Source of the DNA: Eledone cirrhosa
Taxonomy: Eukaryota
Direction: 5' to 3'
Assembly: GCA_964016885.1 (NCBI GenBank)
Contig: OZ024744.1
Span: forward strand, 34,782,001-34,846,000
DNA: 64,000 nt
The position numbers and the translations under genes were made by a program. Positions within the stretch are counted from its first letter, which is position 1. Every line of letters starts with the position of its first letter. Under the pieces are notes generated by a model, which ran no database searches, was not told the DNA's origin, and worked only from the letters and a program-made list of their open reading frames with translations. Positions 27,688-43,209 of this stretch are shown one piece after another.

Positions 27688-29657
27688 TATTTTAGTAATC
27701 TACAGGGGGGGATATACAGAGATGACGGGCTCTTACTAGTTAATAACTTGAATAACCAAAATCTTGAAAGGCTACGGAAAAATATTAGAAAATATTTTAG
27801 TGAACTGGGTCTAAAAATAACATACGAATACAATCTTAAAGTAGTAAACTTTCTGGACGTAACTCTTAATTTAAATACCGGACAGATACGACCCTTCCAC
27901 AAGGTAAATGAGAACCTTACGTATATTAACTTTAACTCTAACCACCCACTCTCCATGATCAAATCAGTTCCCCGGAGTATTTCTCTTAGAATCTCTCGCC
28001 TATCGTCTAACTCTGATATTTTTAGTGAACACGCTGAATACTACAATAATGCATTAAGGAATGCTGACCACCGGGATACAATAGAATACATTGATAGGAA
28101 TTTCCATAACACACATAGCTCTACACGAAATCAAGGAATGCGTAACCGGGGGACTAAAATACAAGCACACACACACAGTACTACCAGACATACTAATAAT
28201 AGAAGATCACCACCAAATAAATCACGTTGTAGAAAGTATATCTGGTACAATCCTATTTTTAATGCCTCGATTAGTACAAAACTATCTCTTTCATTCTTTA
28301 AGTTAATCAACAAACACTTCCCTAGTTCCCATAAATACAGCAAAATTCTGAACTCTAAAACTATTAGACTATCATACTCCACGGCACCAAACCTTGAAGC
28401 ATACATAAAAAAACTTAACTTAAGGCAATTAAACAACTCTACAAAACAAAACATTTTAGTAACAGATGGGCAGAACGCAATATCTGCCTCCCAACCACTA
28501 AATGGGAGACGGGTATTACACAACCCACCTGTACCGCTATCACAACCTATCCATGGTATACCCGCTACCCACAACAAAGAATGTAACTGCCATCTACCTG
28601 AAAGATGTCCATTGAAGAATGAATGCCTAAAGTCCAACATTGTTTACCAATGCACGGTTGAATCGAACGACCAGAAATGGTATTATATCGGATCTACCAC
28701 CACATCGTTTAAATCTCGCTGGTACCGTCATCGATTCTCAATCAAACATCCGAATCACCGTTTTGTGACCACGCTCGCCAACAAGACCTGGCAACTCCGT
28801 GAACACAACCAACAGTTCACCTTAAAATGGGATATACTTTCCAGCGCAAGTGCATATCGGAGTGGATTGAAGTACTGCAGGTTATGTAACCTTGAGCTCT
28901 TTTACATATTAAAATCCAAAAACAAACTACTTAACGATAGAATTGAACGATCATTATACTGCAACCACAAACTAAAAGCTAAATTCTCTCACTATAAAAT
29001 AACTTAACATTCGAACCCGTAACTATAACACCGCTTCTAGCTAACAACCTTCTCTTCCCCCCACACTACAAAACAATACACTGCTTATCACTATACATGG
29101 TAACTCAGTGCAATTCCTAGATTACTACTACAAACCCAAAGTTCACTCACCACACAAACTTCGTCTGTCCCCTCTCTACCTCTCTCTCTCTACATCCATT
29201 ACACTCTCTCTCGCCTTTCGCCTACCTCCCTCTCAACATCTATGAACCTGCCCTCTGGGGCAATAAATAATTCCGACCTTAACTATCAACGCATCTCTCC
29301 AAAAGTAACCAGTATAATAAAACCCCTACCATAACATTTTGATTGAGATATCTACAAGCCACTCTCTCCTATTTCTTCAACCCCTGCATATCTTTCTTTC
29401 TCTCTCCCTCTTCCCTACTTTTCTCTCTTCCTTTTCTACTCTATCTTCCCCAACAACCCCACTTAAGGGTATTTACATTGTACATTTTACCATTCTGCTC
29501 TGAGGAAACAGTGGTCACAGCATTGGATATTTGAGTTCTGCAAGTACTTGTGAATTTGCACATAGCATAACTATGCTGCAGTACCACCGTGGAAACACTT
29601 GTAAGCACACGGAATAAATTACCTTTTTATGATGTCTACCTGTTATTATTCATTCTT
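27688..29657 (+). mobile_element. 5'-truncated Penelope-like element (Neptune-type Cys linker) with an intact RT C-terminal half and GIY-YIG
   Basis: In-frame GIYRDDGL at ~27709, VNFLDVTL, SNHP, CNC..CPL..EC, IVYQC..YYIGST and CRLCNLE; stop at 29007; flanked by TA repeats. Confidence 0.92.
29496..29607 (+). ncRNA. Hammerhead motif with a very long stem II in the PLE 3' end
   Basis: TGCT CTGAGGA aACAGTGGT...ACCACCGTg GAAA C-ACTT-G TA AGCA. Confidence 0.65.
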
Positions 29658-29667
29658 TATATATATG

Positions 29668-29730
<63 letters not shown>

Positions 29731-29754
29731 GTATATATATGTATATATATATAT

Positions 29755-30750
29755 TTCGTTTCTGAATTAGTTTAGCAAGATTCTTTATCTGAAAACGTGT
29801 GTTGAAACCGATATTGTTATACTTTGGGAGGGTCATGTTGCCAATAAGAAACACACGCACCAGTTGCTTTCACTTCAATTTATTATAATAAATTTATAAA
29901 TTTAGGAATTTATAAATATCTGGTTGGTTGGTTGGTTGGTTCCACAACCAGATGATTGTTTATATATTGTCAAACTTCTTTCGTCACACATTATGTGACC
30001 TCTTCAGTAACTGGGGATTCTTTTCTTTGTTTTCGTGCCTCTCCTTTGTTCTGTCCTACGCCATCTTGTTTGTGTGTGTGTGTTGTGTGCTTAGTTTGCG
30101 CATGTGTTACATCCGGGTGTCTGTGTGTGTTTATATTCGTTTGCTTATTTGTTTATTTACATGTTACTGGTTGGTTGTTTGTTCTATGTGCGTGTGTGTT
30201 TTACTTTTGTCCTTAATTGTAAGTTGTGATGTTGCTGTTCCACTCATGTTTTCTATTTAATTTTGGTTGGAGTTCATTTATATTTATTGCCTCTGTGATT
30301 TGTCTAAACATTGCGTCTTTTCTGTGTGTAGATTCTATTTTTATTTCTATGTTCTCTAATTTACCCTTATGTTCTATTTTAGCATGTTGGTAGAGTACAG
30401 ATGATTCTTTACTATCTTGAAGGTCTCGCCAGTGTTCATTTATCCGTTCCCCTACACTACGAGCTGTCTCACCTATGTACACTATATTTTTGTCTCTACA
30501 TTGTCCTTCAGTACATATTATGCTATATACTACATTTCTAGTTTTACAGTTAATATGGGGGCTTAATTTACAGATTATACATTTCTTATCTATACAGGGA
30601 GGTCTTTGAAAAGGGTATGTATTGCTAATAAGTGTTTTTACGGAGGTACCTGGTCTTTCTACTATCTTAATATTGAGTTTATGTTTATCTAGTGCCCTTC
30701 TAAATTTGTAAGCTAATTCACCTCTAGGGGTTGTATCGATGAACATTACA
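29755..30750 (-). mobile_element. PLE 3' fragment (GIY-YIG + terminus), left arm of an inverted pair
   Basis: ORF 30213-30746 has NVVYSIIC..YIGETARS..R..EH and EAINI..PKLN. Confidence 0.9.
29969..30011 (-). ncRNA. Type I hammerhead motif
   Basis: Minus strand: GTTA CTGAAGA G GTCACA-TAATG-TGTGAC GAAA GAAG TT TGAC. Confidence 0.75.
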
Positions 30751-30777
30751 CTCTGGTATTTATTGGTATCATACCAT

Positions 30778-31803
<1,026 letters not shown>

Positions 31804-31867
31804 ATATTATCATCATTTCATATATATATATATATACACATATATATATATACATACATATATATAT

Positions 31868-34800
31868 ATCATCATCATCATCATCATTTTACGTCTGCTC
31901 TTCGCTGCTTGCAAGGGTGGGACGGGTCTTATTCAGCACAGCATCTCTCCACTTGTCGCGGGCCTTCGTCATCTCCACGGTGAGCTTCAGCGATCTGAGC
32001 TCTGTTCTCACCACCTCCGCCCATGTTTTTTGTGGTCTACCTCTACCACGTCTTCCTTCAACTGGCATTTCCTGGCACTTCTTCACCCATCGGTCATCCT
32101 CCATGCGCATCATATGTCCATACCACCTCAGTCTCCGCTCCCGTACACTACATTCTATCCCTCTCAGACACAGTTTCTCTCTCAACACATTTAAGCTGGG
32201 TCGTTCACGCACATTGACACTGCACATCCAACGAAGCATGCTTGCCTTATTTCTCTCCAGCCCTCGCATATCCTCTGCAGTTGCTGCCCATGTCTCATTA
32301 CCATGCAACATCGCGCTCCTCACACAGGCATCATATAACCGGCTTTTTGTACGCAGGGAGAAACCCTTCTTCGTCAGCAGAGGAAGTAGCACCTTAAAGT
32401 TCTTCCAATCCGTCCTTATTCTAGATACTATGGCCTCGGAACACCCACCCCCCTCCCATGCTAATCTGATCTCCTAGGTACCGGAAGCTATCCACCACTT
32501 CTATAGCACCCGCCTGCATTTGAAAAATGTGTCTATCAATGCGACTTCTACTGTCTAATTTCCCTGTACATCTACTGCATACATATTTCTCCCTACCTGT
32601 TAGTTTGCCTGCTATCCCACTACATCTCTTGTGTACGCAGGATCGGCATTGTGTGCATTTTATAGAATTTATGCCAGTTCCTTTTCTGCATATCGAACAT
32701 GGCCATTTCCCTGACGGAATCAGAGTTTTGTCCTCTTTTCTACTCATCAACACTTTTGCCTTAGCTAGATTCACTCTCAGTCCTCTTGTTTCCAACTGCT
32801 GTTTCCATAGCCAGAATTTATTCTCTAGCTCGTCTACTGATTCTGCTATAAGAACCAGATCGTCAGCAAAGAGAAGTTCCCATGGACAGCCAGTCTTAAA
32901 CTTCTCTGTTATGTCTTGGAGGACTATATTGAACAAGAGCTGGCTGAGGACCGAACCTTGATGTACTCCTACCTGTATCTGGAATTCCTCACTAAACTCC
33001 ATTCCTACCTTGACTTTACTGACAGTACCTCTGTAGAAAGTTTGCACTGTCCTCACAAGCCATTTCTCCTCGCCTAGTTTCCGTAGGGACCACCAGATGA
33101 CAGATCGGGGTACCCTATCAAAAGCCTTCTCTAGGTCAACAAAGGTATAGTGGCTTATTTTTCTTTAAGAACCTCTCTTGCAATTGTCTCACCAAGAAGA
33201 GGGCATCTGTTGTACTCTTCCCAGGCACAAAACCAAACTGCATCTCATCTAGTTGACCCTTTCTCTAATTAGTTGTGCTAATATCCTTTCTGCCACTTTC
33301 ATAACCTGATCCATCAGTTTTATACCTCTATAATGCTCCAGAGCATCCCCTTTACCTTTGTAGCAATTTATGAGAATACTGCTGCACCAGTCTTTCGGTA
33401 TGACAACACCTGATTGATGATGCGTGCAACCAGTTTAATGCCTACGTCCCCTGATGCCTTCAGTATCTCAGCAACTATCACCGATGTTCCAGCAGCCTTA
33501 CCATTTTTCATTTCCTTAATCGCCTCTTGGACCCTATATTCGTCAATTTTAATAGCTGGTCCCTCTGTCGGATCTACCAAGGGTAATTTCTCTCTCTCCC
33601 ATTCGTTCTCCACGTTCATCAGTCTCTCATAATGTCATTTCCAGGCCTCCTTTTTCTGATCATTCGTGACAGTAAGTACACCGGCATCATTCCGGACACA
33701 TTTATCTCCAACAACATCCTGATTTGCATTGACACACTGCCTTGCAATGTGGAACACAGCACGCCTCCTATCTTCCCGTCGCAGAACATTGGCAAACCTC
33801 CTACTCTCAGCCTCCCTGCGTGCTAAGTACACCTGACGTCTAGCTTCTCTCTTAGCGGCTTTATATCCTTCTATACTCCCACCCTTTTCCCAAGCCTTCC
33901 ATGCTAGTCTTTTGTCTCTAGTGGCCTTATCTACTGTGCTGTTCCACCACCAGGCCACTCTCTGTCTGGTTGGAGCTCTGCTCTAGCCACAAGTTTCATC
34001 AGTAGCCTGCAATAAGTTGTCACATAAGAAATTCCAGTTATTATCTATGTCATACGTCTCTAAATCGCCTTCTTTACCGTCATACACATTTTGAAGGGCT
34101 TTCCTAAATTTGTATTTTAGTGAAAGGTCTTTTAGCTTCCAGACCTTTCTTCTCCACACCTTCCTGTATGTCTCATTCCATCTCTTGCTTACTGAGATAT
34201 CACTAACGACTAACCTATGCTGGGGGGGGGGGGGGGTACATTCTTCCCCAGGGTATGCCTTGGTATTAGACAATATCTGCCTGTCCCGCTGCCTAACTAG
34301 TAAGAAGTCAATCTGGCTTATGTGCTCACCAGATTTGTAGGTTATTAAGTGGTTGGCAGGTTTCTGGAAGTTTGTGTTGCAAATAGTCACTGTACTTGCA
34401 TCACAAAATTCAAGAAGTCTCACTCCTTCTTCATTTCTTGAGCCGTAACCGTGCCCACCATGTACCCCAGTGTAACGATCCTGGAGCTGTCCAACATGAC
34501 TATTTGAAGTTTCCTGCTAGCATAACGATGTCTCCGTCCTCTGTCATTGCGGTTGTTTGTAAAAGTTGCTCGTAAACGCAGTCTTTCTCATCTTTGCCTA
34601 GGCCTGCTTGGGGATCATAGGCCGAGATGATTGTCAGTAGTCTCCTGCCTACAACTAATCTAAGCTTAATTATTCGATTACTAACTCGAACTACCTCTAT
34701 TCTCTTATTGATCCATCTCTCAGCCAGGAAAATGACTACTCCCCCTAACCCATCATCCTTATCTACCCAGAAAAGCTTATAGCTAAGATGTTTGCCTACG

Positions 34801-35145
34801 ACTAGTCTAGCAGAGGCACCTCTCCATGTCACCTCTTGCACACAGCACACATCCACATGCCTTCTCTCCAGCATCTCCGCTATTTCAGCAGATCTACCTC
34901 TGAGAGTGCCAACATTAAGTGTTGCAACTCTGAGATGCGACGTCTTCATACTTTGTTGTTGTTCCTATCTATTTGTTGTGTGCTGATAATCGTTTTGGCA
35001 TTGATACACTGGTTGGATGCCCTTCCTAACACCAGCGCCAATTTACAGCATGGACTGGGTGCTTTTCTTTGTGCCACCAGCACTAGAGAGGATGTCTTAC
35101 TAGACTCAAAGGCCCTCTCTACCCCTCCATTTTACAGCATGGTCA
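31868..35145 (-). mobile_element. Apparently full-length but frameshifted RTE-clade LINE (APE + RT) with (GAT)n tail
   Basis: RVATLNVGTL..CVQE, SQIDFLL, QHRLVV, GVHQGSVLS, LLFADDL, a Cys-rich insert and RLRWYGH; (ATC)n at 31868-31887. Confidence 0.92.
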
Positions 35146-35215
35146 TACAAAAAAAATATTTAAAAAATTTAAAAAAAACCGCTTATATATATATGCATAC
35201 ATATATATATATATA

Positions 35216-38200
35216 TATATTAATAAAAGGAATTTCAACTTTGTCTGATTTACTCGTTTTATTTACAATCCTTTAAAGTTTATAATGGTATTAGAATGAA
35301 ATAGTATGGTAGAATATTAAATGTTAAGTGTTAATTGAACAAGTACTTTCATGCTTTCGCAATCTTCAGGTTCATATTCTGTGGTGACAGACAAGTTTGC
35401 AATTTTCAACTTTAATGAGATGCGTAAATTTTGTGCCTTATATACAGTGAAAACTGGCTACAGAATGCTAAATCTTGCAATCTGTATTTCGACCAATCTG
35501 TGTGTAGTTTCACTGGATTACTAAAGCTGATTGGTTTAGGCGTCACGGTTGGTTGAGCATGTCTAACGACTACTAATTGACCCTATCCAAAGCATCAATT
35601 GTTTTGCTATTTTTAGAAATGATGAAAATAGCATTTTCTAGTAATCATCACCATCAACATCACTTTTATTAACAACTGTACACGTAGATCCTAAAATAAT
35701 TAATTTATCCAAAAGAGATCTTGACAATGATGAAATGCAAATTCTGTCAAAAGGACTGAAATTCACACCGACTCCAACAGTCAACCACCAAGAACTGAAG
35801 GAGGATACCCAAGAATTCTGTCGTAAATTATGACTTGTAGAATTCTTCGCTGATAAAAGTAATGAGAGTGATGAATCACTAGTAAAGAATAAATCAAATT
35901 TCACTCCGCCAAAAGGAAGAAATATCTAACTCGACCAATACATTGACATCCTGTCTAAATTTCCTCTTAGACGTAATACTAATGTCAGGCCAAACATTAA
36001 CAAATCAGAAATGTCTGCACTTAAACGTATACAAAATGATAAAACAATAATAATTAAACAAGCAGATAAAGGGGGTGCAGTTGTTATAATGGATACTGAA
36101 TACTACAAGGATTTGGTTGAGGAACAACTGAAAGACACAACATTCTATCATGAAATACCGTCAAATATAGACCACAACATCATGAAGAAGATCAACAACC
36201 TGGCTTCAAAATACCACAACTCACTTACTGATAAGGAAAGCGACTACATCACCAATTTTGAGCCACAACCCAGCAACCTGTATGGCCTACCGAAAGTTCA
36301 TAAGTCAAAAGAAATCCAACTGGCAGTAAAAGAACAAAACAGTGAGTACATTAAATTACTACACCCAAAAGACTTAAAACTTAGACCTATTATAGCTGGT
36401 CCAACATGCCCCACCCACCGTCTAAGCAATTTTGTTGACATTATTTTGAAACCACTATGTATTCACATACCCAGTTTCATGTCCTGTCCCATCTTCCCAA
36501 AACCACGGAAATGAATTCACTTCTACTTAGTTTTGGTGTGGTAAGCCTTTACACCAACATTACACATGATTTAGGAATAAAGGCGGTTAAATACTGGGTG
36601 GAAAAACATAGAGAAGTGATTCCCACCAGATTCACAGCGCCATTTATATTAGACGCAGTTAAACTTATTCTGGAAAACAACACTTTCTTCTTCAATGGAA
36701 AGAATAACATCCAAATTAGACACAGCTTTGGGAACGAAGTTTGCTCCCGTTTACGCGAACTCTGTAATGGGATACTTAGAACAACAACTCTACCAAGAAA
36801 TAGAGGAAAATATAGTACTGACTTTAGAAAGTACATTGAAAAATCTTGGGGTACCTTGACGTTTGTTTCATCATCTGGACAGAATCTCTAGATACTCTGG
36901 ATGAGTTCAATATCCTCCTGAATAACCTACACCCATCTCTCCAATTCACAAAAGAGATGAGTAGTACCAAATTACCATTCCTAGATATAATGGTAATCAA
37001 AAATGACACCACCATTACCACGGATATATATTATAAACACACAGACACCCATCAATATCTGAATTTTAAGTCGTGCCATCCACCTCATACAAAACGCAAC
37101 ATCCCATACTGTCTAGCCAGAAGGATTTGTACCATTGTAGAAGATACGAATACCAGGAACAAACGCCTAACAGAACTAAGAGAATTTTTGCTGAAACAAA
37201 AATACCCATCTCTACTTATAGAAAATGGCATACAGCGGGCTAGAAAAATACCTATACAACAACTTAGGACAACCCAAGGAAGAAGAAACCAAGAACTGGT
37301 CATACCATTTATAATGACCCATGTCACCAGAATATCTTCAACACTGCTAAAGCAAACCTACCGATCATTGCTCAAAGTAATGAATTAAAAGGCTTAATCA
37401 CAGATCGATCTTTGACTCTTAGTAAAAGACAGCTGAAAAATGTTAAGCAATTGCTAACAAAAGCAAAGTTTGACCTTAACAACAAAGACCAATCATTCAC
37501 TGTATCTAAATGCAATGATAGTCGATGCGGCACATGTCAATCCATACACGCCGGTCAATATATGAAAACAAAAACTGGAAAAATATTCCCAAATGCAAAT
37601 ATGAACTGCAAAAGCAGAAATCTTATTTACTGCATTAAATGCCCGAATTGTGAAGAACTATATGTCGGTCAAACTGGAAATGCACTATCGGAATGTGCAC
37701 GGGTACACCGACAGCAAATCAGAGACCCAAATGTCCGTCAGATACCCCTGAGTAACCATCTAGCAACATGTGGTCAGAGAATATTTATAATATTTCCATT
37801 CTACAAATTACACAGCCCAAGTGAAATCAAGAGAAAAATCAAAGAAAAGAATTTTATTGATAATTTCCAACCCAAGCTAAATGAATGAACAATAAAAATG
37901 GGGTATTAATCCTACTATGACTATGACTACGACCACTAACAACAACAACAATAATAATAATAATAAAAGTGATGTTGATGGTGATGATTACTAGAAAATG
38001 CTATTTTCATCATTTCTAAAAATAGCAAAACAATTGATGCTTTGGATAGGGTCAATTAGTAGTCGTTCGACATGCTCAACCAACCGTGACGCCTAAGCCA
38101 ATCAGCTTTAGTAATCCAGTGAAACTACACACCGATTGGTCGAAATACAGATTGCAAGATTTAGCATTCTGTAGCCACTTTTCACTGTATATAAGGCACA

Positions 38201-38437
38201 AAATTTACGCATCTCATTACAGTTGAAAATTGCAAACTTGTCTGTCACCAGAGAATTTGAACCTGAAGATTGCGAAAGCATGAAAGTACTTGTTCAATTT
38301 AACATTTAACATTCTACCATACTATTTCATTCTAATACCATTATAAATTTTAAAGGAATGTAAATAAAACGAGTAAATCAGACAAAGTTAGAATTCCTTT
38401 TATTAATATAATCTTCTATACACAATCATACAAACCC
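35216..38437 (+). mobile_element. Penelope-like element (RT + GIY-YIG, frameshifted) bounded by ~450-bp inverted termini
   Basis: KQADKGGAVV, YGLPKVHK, LRPII, SLYTNI, LPFLDI, CHPPH and NLIYCIKC..YVGQTG. Segment 35216-35671 is the reverse complement of 37961-38410. Confidence 0.92.
38258..38296 (+). ncRNA. Minimal type I hammerhead motif (inverted twin at 35336-35374)
   Basis: TGAAC CTGAAGA TTGC GAAA GCAT-GAAA-GTAC TT GTTCA. Confidence 0.72.
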
Positions 38438-38454
38438 GTGTATATTTATCTATT

Positions 38455-38502
<48 letters not shown>

Positions 38503-38583
38503 CATACATACATATATATATATATACATATATATATATACATATATATATACATACATATATATATACATATATATGTATAC

Positions 38584-38614
<31 letters not shown>

Positions 38615-38663
38615 CATACATATATATATACATACATATATATATATACGTACATATATATAC

Positions 38664-38694
<31 letters not shown>

Positions 38695-38790
38695 CATACA
38701 TATATATATACATATATATATATACATACATATATACATACATATAAATATATATATATACATATATATATATACATACATATATATATA

Positions 38791-38862
<72 letters not shown>

Positions 38863-38866
<4 letters not shown>

Positions 38867-40578
38867 TCATCATCATCACCGTTTTACGTCCGTTCTTCCA
38901 TGCTAGCATGGGTTAGACGGGTTGTCCTATTGTGGTCAGTGTCTGGTCGGCTGACCATGCCTTTCTCATACAGGAACTGATTTTGGATGGATTTCTACAG
39001 CTGGATGCCCTTCCTAACACCAACCTCATTTACAGTAAGTACTGGGTACTTTTTCCGTGGCGCCTACACGTCCACTTTACAATGTGGGCTGGGTGCTTTT
39101 TTGCCGTGGCACCTCCACGACCACCCCCAGTGTGGGGGCATATTGTCTATATGCTTCAGCTTGTACCCATTGGAGGTCGGGTACTCTGTATTACTGCGTG
39201 ACGCCAGAGGTCACGGTCATGTGTCATCGCCTTTGAGAGGTGTAATTGGGTAAGGTCGGCTTTTATCACCTCATCCCAGGTCTTCTTGGGTCTCCCCACT
39301 CCGCGGTTTCCATTGACTTCTAGTGCTCTGCACCTTTTTATGCAGCTGTCATCCTTCATACGCATCACATGTCCATACCAACGCAACCGCCTCTCCTGCA
39401 CACAGCATTTGATTCCTCTTATGTTCAGTCTCTCTCTCAATTCATTTATGCTTTGTCGTTCGCATATATTACTATTACACATCCATCGGAGCATGCAAGC
39501 TTCATTTCTTTCTAATCTACGTAAGTCTTCCACCTTCAGCGCCCAGGTCTCACAACCATGTAACATTGCTGTTCGGATACACGCATCATACAGTCTGCCT
39601 TTCATTTTGAGGGAGAAGCCTTTTGCAGCTAGCAGTGGCAGTAGTTCCCTGAACTTCTTCCATCCCGTTCTTACCCTAGTTATTGTACTTTCTGAACACC
39701 CACCTCCGCTGCTAATTCAGTCACCTAGGTAGCAGAAACTGTCTACTGTTTCTACAGAGCCCTCCCAGAGATTGGTGGTACTTGTTTGCTGTGGCTGTTT
39801 GCTGTTTGCTGTCCCAGTACAGCTGCTGCATGTGAAGCCTACATTCTTAATTAAGCTTCCTGAGATCCCGCTACATCTCTTGTGTACCCATTGTTTGCAT
39901 TTGGAGCAGAGAATGGAGTTCCTACCTACACCTTTCCTACATACTGAGCAAGGCCATTTCCTGAGGGGATCTGGGTTATGTTTTCTCGTCTACTTACAAG
40001 GACCTTAGTCTTTGTCATGTTGACTTTGAGACCCTTTCTTTCTAGTCCCTGCTTCCAAGTTTGGAATTTCTTCTCTAGTTCTACCATAGATTCAGCTATA
40101 AGTGCGAGGTCACAGCATATAGGAGTTCCCATGGGCTTCCTGTCTTAAACTCCTCCGTTATTGCCTGCAGGACTTTGATGAACAGGAGAGGGCTAAGAAC
40201 AGAGCCCTGGTGGACACCAACCTGTACGCTAAATTCCTCGCTATACTCATTGCTAATCCTAACTTTGCTGACTGCTCCCCTATACATGGATGGTACAGCT
40301 TTCACAAGCCATTTATCTACTCCTAGTTTTCTAAGAGCCCACCTGATTACAGCACGTGAAACTCTGTCAAATGCTTTCTCGAGATTGACGAATGCCAGGT
40401 AGAGTGGCTTACTTTTAGCTAGGTACTTTTCCTGTAACTGCCTCACAAGGAAGAGGGCATCAGTGGTGCCTCTTCCTGGTACAAACCCAAATTGCATCTC
40501 ATATAGTTTCACCCGGTCCCTATTTAACTGTGCTATAACTCTTTCTGTTACTTTCATGACCTGGTCCATCAGCTTTAT
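38863..40578 (-). mobile_element. 5'-truncated RTE-clade LINE
   Basis: QFGFVPGRGTTDA, LEKAFDRV, GVHQGSVLSPLLF and RLRWYGH; (ATC)n tail at the left end. Confidence 0.9.
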
Positions 40579-40659
40579 ATATATATATACATATATACAT
40601 ACATATATTTATATACATGTAGGTTATTAAGTGGTTGGCAGCCTTCTGGAAGTACACTG

Positions 40660-41592
40660 ACCATTTGATAACATGGATCTCCACAATACCAACTGGGATG
40701 CAATTATGAACGAACTATCACGTCGACTGGTCTTTTACACACGCACACACTTCCACCAACATCAAAACATCTTGGCAGATCTTTGTAGACACTGTCACAA
40801 ATATATGTTCAAAACACCCCCCACCAAAGCCTGTGAACAAAACTAAGTGCAGTATCCCCCAAAAAAGAAAAACTATTATCAGAAAAATAAAAAGAACAAA
40901 CAAAAAAATTAACACACTAAAATACTGCCAACAGCAACACACACATTCAATGGCTATTACCCTGCTTGAGTAAAAAAAATATAACCTCCAACAGTGCATG
41001 ATGACCATCATCAATAACCAGAGAATAGCTGAAGAGAGGTGGGCCATTGAGAAAATCAAACTCAACCCCAAAGTGTTCTTCTCATTCGCTGAAAAACACA
41101 AGGTCACCGTCTCCACTGTTGGCCCCCTAGTTGATGAAAGTGGCACACTCCAGGACAATGCCAAAACCATGGGCGAGATACTGCAGAATCAATACTGCTC
41201 TGTTTTCAGCAACCCTGATATGGCCGATCTGGGCCGTATCAGTGATATTAACCCCCAACACGCTATATCAGACATAACGTTTGGCGCCCCTGATGTCTTA
41301 GCAGCAATAAACGAAATTAAACACAATTCAGCAGTAGGCCCCGACAGGTTCCCTGCTTGTGTCCTGAAGGTGTGTCGGCACCAACTTGCAACTCCTCTTG
41401 CTAATCTGTGGAGGAACTCACTGGACACTGGCTATATTCCTGAAAACTTTCTGTCCCAGTCTTCAAAAAGGGAAATAAGTCCCTTGCAGTGAACTACCGT
41501 TCTATCTCACTCACCTCTCATATTATCAAGGTATTTGAGAGGGTGGTGAGATCACGAATAACCCACTTTCTTGAAAGCAACGGCCTGCTGAA
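40660..41592 (+). mobile_element. Internal fragment of a CR1-group LINE
   Basis: IKLNPKVFFSF, YCSVFS, AVGPDRFP and NYRSISLTSHIIKVFERVV. Confidence 0.8.
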
Positions 41593-41594
41593 CA

Positions 41595-41830
41595 TGGCTT
41601 AGTGGTTAGAGCATTGGGCTTGCAATCGAAAGGTTGTGAGTTCAATTCTCAGACCGGGTGATGTGTTGATTCCTTGAGTAAGTCACTTTATTTCACGTTG
41701 CTCCAGTTTACTCACCTGTAGAAATGAGTACCAGCCTGTCCGCCCAACCAGTGGGATGGCATTATCTTATGGGTAAAACAGCACGACGTGCTGTGACCAG
41801 CGGCGCCCGACAGACTGGTCGGTCAAGGTA
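41595..41830 (+). mobile_element. Second tRNA-derived SINE family (partial minus copy at ~55000-55108)
   Basis: A-box TGGCTTAGTGG, B-box GAGTTCAATTC and a TCCTTGAG.AAG.CACTT core. Confidence 0.75.
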
Positions 41831-42062
41831 ATATACATATATATATATATAAATTAATATGTATGTGATGAAACACAGATACCAACACATCTGTATATAT
41901 ATTGCGAAAGAAAAATTATATATACATGTATTTATTTATATTTATATATATATATATACATGTATTTATATATACATGTATTTATATATACATATATTTA
42001 TATGTATATATATAAGTATATATATATAGATATATTTATATGTATATATATATATATATATA

Positions 42063-42960
42063 CTGGGAAATGACCATGCTCAGTGTGTAGGAAAGGAATA
42101 GGCACAAACTCCATTTTTATGTCCCAAATGCAAAGTATAGGTGCATAAAAGATGTAGTTGGATCACAGGTAAGCTAACTAAGAATATAGATTTTATATGT
42201 GGCCGGTGTTCTGGGGCAATAAGTAGCTGCAAGTGCCCACAGAATACTAGCTCATTCCATTGCACAGATGGTTCTATAGAAATAGTGGACACCTTCCGTT
42301 ACCTGGGTAACAAAATCAACAGTGGTTGAAAGTACAGTAGCTAGAGTTAGAACGGGATGGAAAAAGTTCAGAGAGCTTATACCACTATTGGCCGCTAAAG
42401 GTTTCTCTCTAAAAATGAAAGGAAGGCTGTATGATGCCTGTATACGAACAGCAATGTTACATGGCAGTGAGACCTGCGCATTGTGTGCAGAGGATATACG
42501 CAGACTGGAGAGGAACGAAGCTTGCATGCTCCGTTGGACGTGTAATACTAATATACGTGAACGGCAAAGCATAAATGAACTAAGTGAGAAATTAGTAATA
42601 AGAGGGATCAGATGCTGTTTACTCGAGAGAAGGCTACGTTGGTATGGTCACGTGATGCGCATGAAAGACGACAGCTGTATAAAAAAGTGCAGGGCGATCA
42701 AAATAGATGGTAGTTACGGAGTAGGCAGACCCAGAAAAACCTGGGACGACTTGATAAATTCCGACCTCACACACTTACACCTCTCCAAGACAATGTCACT
42801 GGACCGAGATCTTTGGCGCTATGCAGTAATACAGAAGATCCGCCTTGCCTAAGTACAAAGCGAAACCTACAGTCAGTAGGCACCTCTTAGCAAAATACAC
42901 ACCCGTCCCACTACCCCCACCGCCATCCACACCACCCACTTTCGATGTAAAGTTATGTTG
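42063..42960 (+). mobile_element. RTE LINE 3' fragment, same subfamily as 11562-12428
   Basis: ORF 42322-42852 is nearly identical to 11580-12044. Confidence 0.9.
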
Positions 42961-43209
42961 GATTGAGTCATTGGATTGACATTCCTACGATAACTCAACC
43001 ACCTTGAACTTCTTCTCTGCTCTCTACCCCTTACATCCACTACGAGTGTTTTACCTTCTGAACTCACTTTCTGTACTCTTATATCTTTTTCTCCCTTATC
43101 TCCCCTTATATTTAAACCTTTTCCTATGTCATTTATTTTCCTTATTCCCCCCCCCTACTTTTTACTTTACCCTTTACATACCCACCTTTTTTATTTTTAG
43201 ATATTTATT

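Noticed and set aside
35216-38410. TIR DNA transposon
   Set aside because: It encodes RT and GIY-YIG rather than a transposase; the arms are the element's own 3' end.
41595-41670. tRNA gene
   Set aside because: A and B boxes are present but there is no complete cloverleaf; it continues into a SINE body.
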